Of a stretch of 33,033 bases of DNA, positions 26,019 to 33,033 are shown piece by piece. The notes under the pieces are model-generated. The model made no database searches. It was not told the origin of the DNA and saw only the letters and a list, made by a program, of their open reading frames with translations. The stretch spans positions 1,499 to 34,531 of the forward strand of contig QHOF01000001.1 in assembly GCA_003219335.1 (NCBI GenBank). Direction: 5' to 3'. The DNA is from Verrucomicrobiota bacterium. GTDB taxonomy: Bacteria; Verrucomicrobiota; Verrucomicrobiia; Chthoniobacterales; UBA10450. The position numbers and the translations under genes were made by a program. The stretch's first letter is position 1. Each line of letters begins with the position of its first letter.

Positions 26019-26921
26019 TCACGGCATTTCAAATTGAAACGCCTCCGGTCTGATGGTGAGGACAGGGCAGGATGCCGTACGCACCACCTTTTCGGCCACG
26101 CTGCCTAAGAGCACATGGGGCAAACCGCTTCTACCGTGCGTGCCTATCACGATTATATCCGCTTGCACGTGCTTCGCTTGATGCACAATCGCGGTGGCCG
26201 TTTGACCTTCTTCAGTGCATTTTTCCCAGGCGACTTTCTCTAAGGGCAAACCGGAGAGGAAAGCTTCCCACTCGGGTTCAATCTCTTCTGGGGAAGGCGT
26301 TGAAATCGGCACGCTTACGCCCAGATCATGCGCATATGCGATAGTATATGAATGATAAGAGTCCAGAACATGAAAGAAAACGATCCGGGCAGAAAAGTTC
26401 TTCGCTAGCATGAGCGCCTCCTCGGCGGCTTTTCTGGCACAAGAGGAGAAATCCGTGGGGACCAAAAATGTTTTGGCTTCGGAACTCAGGGACTTTTTCG
26501 TAACCATTACGGGTACCATGGCCTTGCGTAGGATCCGCTCGCTTGTACTGCCGAGAAAGGGCCCTTCCGTCCGGGACGCGCCACCGACTACTATCAGATC
26601 CGCCAGCCAGGCCCTTCCGGCAATGATGAGTTCAACAAATGGTTTGCCCATGCGCACCTCGTATTCCACTTGCAGGCGGGCGAGCGCCGGGCTTACCGCT
26701 AACGCCCGCAGTCTTGCTCCGGTTTTCTGTGCGATCTCCTCTAGAGTGAAAGGCGAAGTGAGCGGATGCGAGATCCTCTGATAGGCATCGAGCGGTTCTA
26801 CCACGTGAACCAGTCGCAGTGCAGCACCACATCGATTGGCAAGCGCCACTGCGGATCCTAGCGCTACCTCTCCGCCGACTCCCAGATCATGACCAACAAT
26901 AATCCTTTTTAGCTGTCTCAT
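26019..26921 (-). CDS. Tandem universal stress protein (UspA family, 2 domains)
   Basis: Domain 1: RIIVGHDLGVGGEVALGSAVALA...GASRTEGPFLGSTSERILRKAMVPVMV. Domain 2: FLVPTDFSSCARKAAEEAL...GTHGRSGLPHVLLGSVAEKVVRTASCPVLTI. Confidence 0.88.
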   Translation of the reverse strand: MRQLKRIIVGHDLGVGGEVALGSAVALANRCGAALRLVHVVEPLDAYQRISHPLTSPFTLEEIAQKTGARLRALAVSPALARLQVEYEVRMGKPFVELIIAGRAWLADLIVVGGASRTEGPFLGSTSERILRKAMVPVMVTKKSLSSEAKTFLVPTDFSSCARKAAEEALMLAKNFSARIVFFHVLDSYHSYTIAYAHDLGVSVPISTPSPEEIEPEWEAFLSGLPLEKVAWEKCTEEGQTATAIVHQAKHVQADIIVIGTHGRSGLPHVLLGSVAEKVVRTASCPVLTIRPEAFQFEMP

Positions 26922-27007
26922 ACGGGGTCCCCCTTTTTAACCGATTTCTTTTCTGACGAGTGAATGTTTTCCTCCAAGAGGAGACTTGGTTACTTGCCGC
27001 AAAGCTA

Positions 27008-27036
27008 AGGATAGTGATAGTTTACCCATTGTCCAA
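27008..27036 (-). promoter_or_regulatory. Sigma70-like promoter candidate for the tandem USP gene
   Basis: Minus-strand TTGGAC (27036-27031), 17-nt spacer, TATCCT (27013-27008). About 85 nt upstream of ATG 26921. Confidence 0.35.
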
Positions 27037-27106
27037 GAAGATGCTCCTTCGATCATTACAAAAGAATCAGCATGCTGCAGTTGGTTCACGACGCGCTTTA
27101 CTCCAT

Positions 27107-27628
27107 TTACGTTGCGGCCATCGGCTGCAGTAGTGGTCTTTGCATCCTGAAAAAGGACAATTCCATACTATGCCCCAGAAGATATGTCTCCTCCGCGTTC
27201 ACGCGATGAGGCTTTCGCGCCATGACCCATCTCTTTTGCGACGTATTCAGTTTCGCCAGAGCGCGTTTGATCTCTAGAACCCTTAGCAGTCCCGTTTGAG
27301 TGATCATGCCCATCATCTGATCCCCGCGCATGACCAAAAGGCGAGTTACGTTCTCTTGTGACATCTTCTTTAAGGCTTCGATCAGAGAAACCAGACATAG
27401 TTCATGTGAGGCGCGCGCGTCACTCTCCGGCCATAACAAGGGCAGGCCGACACGGTGGTGGAGCAGGTGATGACGCCGATTAACGCAGCGATGACCATTC
27501 TCCCGGAAACCTCTTTGATCGAGCAGCGCAGGACGCGCGCCGTTAGTGCAAAGTCCAGGAAAGGTGAAGAGGTCCTTCCGGCTCTTCAGCTTCAACGAAT
27601 AAATGGGCCAACTTGGCTCGGTGGGCAT
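27107..27628 (-). pseudogene. CBS-domain gene remnant (only one CBS motif readable)
   Basis: Good RBS (AAAGGGAGGAG) before ATG 27628. However, only LCLVSLIEALKKMSQENVTRLLVMRGDQMMGMITQTGLLRVLE looks like a CBS domain. The N-terminal ~85 aa (..HRCVNRRHHLLHHRVG..) and the tail look non-native. Confidence 0.35.
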
Positions 27629-27782
27629 AGCTGCTCCTCCCTTTTATGACCCGGAACCTGGCCGATCGCGTGGATGACAAAGGCGCTTGGACGCGCGCGA
27701 TCGAAGCTCTCGTGGTGCTGCTGTTCTCGCTCGAGCACGAATCCGAATCCGGCACAAACACTGATTGAGTGCAGGTAATAGC

Positions 27783-29552
27783 TCAGAGGTCGATGACAAC
27801 GTCGCCCCGGGGCTGAGAGCAGCAGATGAGCACATTGCCCTCGGCAGGGATTTCGAGTGGATCGGGCCGGTAATCGACCGCTCCGGCCACGAGTCCGCTC
27901 TCGCAGCGGTGGCACACCCCGGTGCGGCACGACCATCTCACGGGAACATCGCAGGCTTCGGCAAGCTCCAGCAGGCTTCGGTACTTCGGATCCCAGTAAA
28001 TCGAGAGATTGCTGCGCGCAAATGAAACGAGCGGCCCGGTCCCCACGGTCCCGACGGGGGAGTGTGGAAGTCGATGATGGGGATCAACGATGCCCGGCAT
28101 GCTGGATTCGCCAGAGCCGAACACTTCGGTATATATGCGCGCGCGGGGAACGCCCCAGGCTGCGAGATTCGTGCTCACGGCGCGCATGAATGCTGTTGGA
28201 CCGCATAGGTAAAAATCGGCGGTGCGGGGAACATTCAGCTCGTCGAAGCACGCTACCGCCAGATGCCCACGGGCATCGAAATCCGTGCCGAGTCGATCCT
28301 CGGGCGTCGGTCTGCTGTACCAGATTCGGCTCCGGCCATGGGGCAGGAGGCGCAGCAAGGCACGCGACTCCAGGGCAAACGGGTGGTGCCTGGCGTTGCG
28401 GGCGCCGTAAAGCCACCAGATTTCCCGTGTTGAAGGCTTAGCGACCAGCGCGTGCAGTATCGCCAGCACCGGAGTGATGCCGATACCGGCACTCGCCAGG
28501 ACGAGCGGGCGCTCGCCCTGTTTGGGCGTGAAGCTGCCTCGTGGCGCGCTCGCCTCCAGCATGTCGCCAATGCCGATCTGGCGATCGAGATAAGTGCTGG
28601 CCGCACCGGTGATCTCGCATTTAATGCTTATACGGTACTGTGCCGTATTGGGCGCGCCCGAAAGCGAGTAACTGCGCATGAGCGGTAACGCTTCGCGCTT
28701 CGGTTGTAGGCGCAGGACAATGAACTGACCCGGCAGCGGGGTGGCGAGCGGCAGCGCGTCCGCCGGTTCGAACACGAGCGAAATCACATCGATACTCTCA
28801 CGCGTTTTTGCGGTGACACGCATGGGACGGAAGCCCCGCCAGGCGGGCGGCGAGAGCGAGACGTCTGAAGGTGCAAGCCCCGCGTTCCCGCTCGCCGGGC
28901 CGGCGCTGAGTTCTTGCTGAAGCAGAGCCTGGAACGAGTTTTTCCATCCGGCGCTGAGTGCTGGAATGCGCAGCGCGCGCTCGAGTTCTTCGCGGCGATG
29001 GCCGGGGAGGTAGAGCAGCGCATTGACTTGGGCAACGGTCATCCGCTCGGCCCCCGAGGCAACCTTGATGATTTCCTCGCCTGCCTCGACCTCGCCCTCT
29101 TCAAGCACACGGAAGTAAAAGCCGGGCCTGCCGTGGGAGACAAGCAGCGCGGCCATCCTGAGCTCGTTCATCCGGATGCCGATGCGGTAGCAGGTCACAC
29201 GCGGCTGCGTCACCTCGAATAGCGCGCTCCCGATCCGGTACCGGTCACCGATGCACACCTCGTCATCGGGCAGGCCTTCAACGGTGAAGTTTTCGCCAAA
29301 CTGTCCGAAGCTGAAGTCATCCCGGTCAAGTTCCCGCTGCCAGTAGCGGTAGCAATCGATCTGGTAGACGAAGACGGCCCGATGTTCGCCGCCGTGGCCG
29401 ATCAAGTCGCCCTGTTCGTCACCGTCGAGATTGAGCCGACGCGCCATACGCCGGCCCGAAACTGCGCGCTTCCAGACCGCCGTATGGACCGTCTCCCCGT
29501 GCCACGCGATATCGTTTGGAAGACCAACGTTAACCGACAATAGCCGCAACAT
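27783..29552 (-). CDS. MOSC domain fused to an FNR-type flavin reductase and a plant-type 2Fe-2S ferredoxin
   Basis: MOSC/YiiM-like N-terminus: LLSVNVGLP...GDEQGDLIGHGGEHRAVFVY...GENFTVEGL..FEVTQPRVTCYRIG. FAD/NAD module: RSYSLS, LASAGIGITP. C-terminal CRTGVCHRCESGL...VLICCSQP. High GC. Confidence 0.85.
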   Translation of the reverse strand: MLRLLSVNVGLPNDIAWHGETVHTAVWKRAVSGRRMARRLNLDGDEQGDLIGHGGEHRAVFVYQIDCYRYWQRELDRDDFSFGQFGENFTVEGLPDDEVCIGDRYRIGSALFEVTQPRVTCYRIGIRMNELRMAALLVSHGRPGFYFRVLEEGEVEAGEEIIKVASGAERMTVAQVNALLYLPGHRREELERALRIPALSAGWKNSFQALLQQELSAGPASGNAGLAPSDVSLSPPAWRGFRPMRVTAKTRESIDVISLVFEPADALPLATPLPGQFIVLRLQPKREALPLMRSYSLSGAPNTAQYRISIKCEITGAASTYLDRQIGIGDMLEASAPRGSFTPKQGERPLVLASAGIGITPVLAILHALVAKPSTREIWWLYGARNARHHPFALESRALLRLLPHGRSRIWYSRPTPEDRLGTDFDARGHLAVACFDELNVPRTADFYLCGPTAFMRAVSTNLAAWGVPRARIYTEVFGSGESSMPGIVDPHHRLPHSPVGTVGTGPLVSFARSNLSIYWDPKYRSLLELAEACDVPVRWSCRTGVCHRCESGLVAGAVDYRPDPLEIPAEGNVLICCSQPRGDVVIDL

Positions 29553-29657
29553 AACCGTTCCTGGCTTTTTCGAGCTTCACGCCGGCCTTGGCTCCGGCGA
29601 TCACCGCAAAGGTCTTTTCAGAAACCGATGCGGTCACCTTGCCGCCGTGCGCCTCAA

Positions 29658-29843
29658 TCAGGCACTTGCCTTTTCTGAGCGATCGAGAGCCGTACCCGTC
29701 AACACAAAGCTCTGCCTTGCGAAAAATGCGCTCGGCGACTCTTGGTTGACCGCGGCCACCTCGAGCGCCGGCTCGTCGATGACCAACTTGAGAATCGCGC
29801 GTCCGATTCGTCCCAGGCCATTGATGGCGATTATGGTGCTCAT
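29658..29843 (-). pseudogene. Glyceraldehyde-3-phosphate dehydrogenase N-terminal stub
   Basis: MSTIIAINGLGRIGRAILKLVIDEPALEVAAVN is the GAPDH Rossmann N-terminus (INGfGRIGR...evvavND). Similarity is lost after about 33 aa, and no catalytic domain follows. Confidence 0.55.
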
Positions 29844-29856
29844 TCTGGAAGCGTGC

Positions 29857-30603
29857 TCAACTCTTCACCACGGTCACCGTAGATACCGTGATTTCCCCAA
29901 GGTAAGCTCGCTGCACTTCAGGGTCGTTTTCCAGTTCCTTGGCGGTGCCCTCGCGTACGATCTCGCCGGTCTCCATCACGTAGCCACGGTCGGCAACGGA
30001 CAGCGCAGCGTGCACGTCCTGCTCGACCAGCAGCACGGTGACTCCCTGGCTGCGGATCTGCGTCATGGTTTCGAGCAGCAAATCGACGACCACGGGGGCC
30101 AGCCCCAGGCTCATCTCGTCCACCATCATCAGCCGCGGCCTGGCCATCAGGGCGCGCGCCATCGCGCACATCTGCTGCTCGCCGCCCGACAGGCTCCCTG
30201 CAAGCTGGCGGCGGCGCCCGGCGAGCGCCGGGAAGAGCCGATAGACGCGCTCCAGATCGTCCTTGATCGCCGTCATGTCCCGGCGCTTGTAGGCGCCCAT
30301 CCGCAGATTTTCTTCAACGCTCATCTGGTCGAAGAGCTGGCGTCCTTCCGGGACCTGCACTAGGCCCATGGCGAAAACCTGGTCCGCGGTGGCGCCGGCA
30401 ATCGACCGGCCATCGAAGCTCATGTCACCCCGCGACGGTATGAGCCTCGAAAGCGCGCGCAGCAAGGTGGTCTTGCCGGCGCCGTTACCGCCGACCATGG
30501 CCACGATCTCGGCCGGCTGGATGTCGATGCTTACGTCGCGCAACACCGGCATTTCGCCATATCCCGCACTGAGCCGCGTGGTCTTGAGCAATGCGTCGCT
30601 CAT
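29857..30603 (-). CDS. livF: Branched-chain amino acid ABC transporter, ATP-binding protein LivF
   Basis: GGNGAGKTT Walker A, LSGGEQQM signature, MMVDEMSLGLAP Walker B. Last gene of a livHMGF-ordered operon. Confidence 0.88.
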   Translation of the reverse strand: MSDALLKTTRLSAGYGEMPVLRDVSIDIQPAEIVAMVGGNGAGKTTLLRALSRLIPSRGDMSFDGRSIAGATADQVFAMGLVQVPEGRQLFDQMSVEENLRMGAYKRRDMTAIKDDLERVYRLFPALAGRRRQLAGSLSGGEQQMCAMARALMARPRLMMVDEMSLGLAPVVVDLLLETMTQIRSQGVTVLLVEQDVHAALSVADRGYVMETGEIVREGTAKELENDPEVQRAYLGEITVSTVTVVKS

Positions 30604-31334
30604 TGTCGTTTGTGCCCCAGGTAGGCTTCGATCACTCGCGAGTCGCGCAGCACGTCGTCGGTTCCGCCTTCCATGATCTTCTCGCCGTGATGCAGCACCA
30701 ACACCCGGTCCGAGAGGCTCTTTATCGCTTTCATGACATGCTCGATCACCAGGATGCTGATGCCTTGGTCGCGCACTTTCTTGATGTCCTCGATGACCTC
30801 TTCGATCTCGACGTGATTGAGGCCGGCCATGACCTCATCCAACAGCAAAAGTCGGGGCTTCATGGCGAGCGCCCTCGCCAGCTCCAGCCGCTTGCGATCG
30901 GGGCCGCCCAGCGCATCCGCGTGCTGCGCAATGCGCTTGCCCAGACCGACGAACTCCAGGCATGCGCGGGCTTGTTCGCGCGCGCGCCCGAGATTGCGCT
31001 CGCCGCCGTTCGCGCCGAACAGCGCCCCCACCGATACGTTCTCCAGCACGCTCATACCGGGGAACGGCTTCATGACCTGGAAAGTGCGGCCGATGCCCAA
31101 GTGGGCGCGCCGGTAGGCCGGCACCCCGCGCATCGATTGCCCTTCGAACACGATATCGCCCTCGGTCGGATCGAGTGTACCGTTCACCATGTTGACGAGC
31201 GTGGTCTTGCCGGCGCCGTTCGGCCCGATCAGGCCGAGAATCTCGCCGCGCTTCAGATGGAAGCTGACGTTGCTGACCGCCACCACACCGTGGAAGCGCT
31301 TAATGAGGCCGCTGACTTCGAGAATATTTTCCAT
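30600..31334 (-). CDS. livG: Branched-chain amino acid ABC transporter, ATP-binding protein LivG
   Basis: ILEVSGLIKRFHGVVAVSNVSF, GPNGAGKTT, LLLLDEVMAGL. There is a 4-nt overlap with livF. Confidence 0.88.
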   Translation of the reverse strand: MENILEVSGLIKRFHGVVAVSNVSFHLKRGEILGLIGPNGAGKTTLVNMVNGTLDPTEGDIVFEGQSMRGVPAYRRAHLGIGRTFQVMKPFPGMSVLENVSVGALFGANGGERNLGRAREQARACLEFVGLGKRIAQHADALGGPDRKRLELARALAMKPRLLLLDEVMAGLNHVEIEEVIEDIKKVRDQGISILVIEHVMKAIKSLSDRVLVLHHGEKIMEGGTDDVLRDSRVIEAYLGHKRQ

Positions 31335-32285
31335 TTACAAGCGGTGCGTCCTGACATTATCGATGAAGTAGCCCCAGCCCATCCGCTTGATGTGCTGAAC
31401 GAGATGGGCGATGCCGCGCGGCATGAACATCACCGCAATGACAATGACGATGCCGAAGAACATGCTGGCGATGCTCGTGACCTTGGTCGCGAGAACTTCG
31501 GAGATGGCCGACAGGATAAACGCCCCCGCCACCGGACCGAGTACGCTGCCCGGGCCGCCGAACACCGCCATGATGATCATCTTGACGTTTAGACCGATAT
31601 CGAACACGCCGACCGGATCGATAAAGGTGATGTAGTAGGCATAAATCCCGCCCGCGAGCGCGGTGAACGCCGCCGAGAGCATGAACGCCAGAACCTTGTA
31701 GAGCGTGGTATTGACGCCCATCACCGCGGCGCCTTCCTCGTTCTCGCGAATGGCAATCAGGCCGAGACCAAAGCGGCTGCGCGAGAGCCAAAAGATGGTC
31801 AGCGTGGCGAGTACCAGGAGTCCCAGCGCCAGTTCGTAGAACAGCACCTCGCTTCTGAGGAGCGGCAAAACCAGTCCGATATTGCTGCCTGCGATCTCGA
31901 GGTTGGAAACGATCGCGGTCATGACAAGAGCAAGGCCGAGGGTGCAAATCGCAAAATAGTGGCCCTTGAGCCGTAGCACCGCTAGCCCCAGCAGCCCGGC
32001 GAACACGACTCCCAGGCCCAGACCGAGCAGCATCCCCACCCAGAACGGCAGGTGGTACTGCACCATTGCAATGGCCACGCCGTAGGCGCCAAGTCCGTAG
32101 AACACCGAATTGCCGAACGACGGATAGCCGGTATAGCCACTGATGATGTTCCAACCCTGCGCCAAGGTCGCCAGCAGAAGGACGTTGATGCCGAACTGCA
32201 CCAACACGGTGTTGCCGATCCAGGGCAGCGCGGCAAGCAGCGCGACGATTACCGCCAGCACTATCCCCCAGGCAGTGCTTTTCAT
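31335..32285 (-). CDS. livM: Branched-chain amino acid ABC transporter permease LivM
   Basis: 316-aa polytopic ORF. GWNIISGYTGYPSFGNSVFYGLGAY is typical of LivM. It abuts livG and overlaps livH by 4 nt. Confidence 0.85.
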   Translation of the reverse strand: MKSTAWGIVLAVIVALLAALPWIGNTVLVQFGINVLLLATLAQGWNIISGYTGYPSFGNSVFYGLGAYGVAIAMVQYHLPFWVGMLLGLGLGVVFAGLLGLAVLRLKGHYFAICTLGLALVMTAIVSNLEIAGSNIGLVLPLLRSEVLFYELALGLLVLATLTIFWLSRSRFGLGLIAIRENEEGAAVMGVNTTLYKVLAFMLSAAFTALAGGIYAYYITFIDPVGVFDIGLNVKMIIMAVFGGPGSVLGPVAGAFILSAISEVLATKVTSIASMFFGIVIVIAVMFMPRGIAHLVQHIKRMGWGYFIDNVRTHRL

Positions 32286-33033
32286 GTCGTTCTGCCGAGA
32301 AGGCCGCTCGGCCGCACATTCAGGATCAGGACCAGAATGCCGAAGCTCGCCACATCCCGGTAAGTGGACCCGATGTAAAGCGCAGTGAGCGATTCAATGA
32401 TGCCCAAGAACAGGCCGCCGACGATCACCCACAGCGGATTGTCGAGGCCACCGATGATCGCTATCACAAACGACTTGGCGGTAAGCGGCCCGCCGATATA
32501 GGGATTGATTTGTGACACGGTTCCATAGAGCCCCCCCGCGACCCCGGCGAGCGCCGCCCCCAGACCGAAGGTCAGTGCGTAAACGCTCTTCGGACTGACG
32601 CCATAGAGCCGCGCAGCGACCCGGTTCTGCGCGGCGGCGCGGATGCCCCGCCCGGTGCGGGTGTGAAGCAGCAACAGCCACATCGCCACCGTGAGCCCGA
32701 TCGCGATCACGAAGACGAGAACCTGCACGTAAGGAATCGTGATGCCGCCGACGGTGTAGTTCGACCCGGCGTAGCCAGGATTGATGGTGCGGAAGTCCGC
32801 CGAGAACCAGAGCTGTGTCAGATAGGTAAGGACCACCTCGATGCCGAAAGTGATCAGCAGGGTGTTGAACATCGGCCCGCGGATCACCAGGTTGAGAACG
32901 CCGCGCTGGATGAGATAGCCGATGGCGAACAGCACTGCCGCCGCAATTGGCAACGCGGCAAAGGGGTCGATGTACGCGCCGGTCACCAGGAAATAAGTGA
33001 CATAGGCGCCCAGCATGATGAGCGCCCCGTGCG
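32282..33033 (-). CDS. livH: Branched-chain amino acid ABC transporter permease LivH (5' end beyond the window end)
   Basis: The frame stays open upstream of the track start (33016) to the window edge: ...HGALIMLGAYVTYF matches the LivH FAHGe..MlGAY motif, so the true start lies outside the window. Confidence 0.85.
   Translation of the reverse strand, partial: HGALIMLGAYVTYFLVTGAYIDPFAALPIAAAVLFAIGYLIQRGVLNLVIRGPMFNTLLITFGIEVVLTYLTQLWFSADFRTINPGYAGSNYTVGGITIPYVQVLVFVIAIGLTVAMWLLLLHTRTGRGIRAAAQNRVAARLYGVSPKSVYALTFGLGAALAGVAGGLYGTVSQINPYIGGPLTAKSFVIAIIGGLDNPLWVIVGGLFLGIIESLTALYIGSTYRDVASFGILVLILNVRPSGLLGRTT

Noticed and set aside
30591-32319. Long ORFs 30591..31592 (+, 333 aa) and 31357..32319 (-, 320 aa) overlapping livG/livM
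   Set aside because: They are antisense or alternate-frame ORFs in high-GC DNA with Arg/Ala/Pro/His-rich, low-complexity translations. The livG and livM frames carry clear ABC/permease motifs. The same reasoning applies to 7303..7791, 8053..8580 and 27592..27936.

Overview
33-kb bacterial chromosomal window using the standard genetic code. I found no rRNA, tRNA, CRISPR array, transposase or integrase. About 25 genes look intact. On the left are ftsH (5' part), a thioredoxin-fold/TPR gene, a CPA2 cation/proton antiporter, an M20 amidohydrolase and a TRIC/UPF0126 channel. In the middle are cardiolipin synthase, an AlkA-like glycosylase, trpS, a cytochrome-b/molybdopterin oxidoreductase fusion, dodecin, a GH15 glucoamylase, DUF488 and an MgtA-type P-type ATPase. 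On the right are a MOSC-FNR-ferredoxin fusion and livHMGF (livH runs off the right edge). Three things stand out. (1) The thioredoxin-fold gene has an in-frame TGA exactly at the first redox-Cys position, with a hairpin 11 nt downstream, making it a selenoprotein candidate. (2) Four universal-stress-protein genes (7 USP domains, one gene frameshifted) are interleaved with ion-transport, membrane-lipid, redox, storage-sugar and eRF1-like genes. This gene content recalls the mycobacterial DosR dormancy regulon. (3) The intergenic space holds many short N- or C-terminal stubs of recognisable genes (NhaA, response regulator, RNB ribonuclease, GAPDH, CBS, and an in-frame GST-N-terminus/ADH-C-terminus chimera), alongside a visibly mosaic GC content. 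All family assignments come from reading the translations by eye; no database search was possible.
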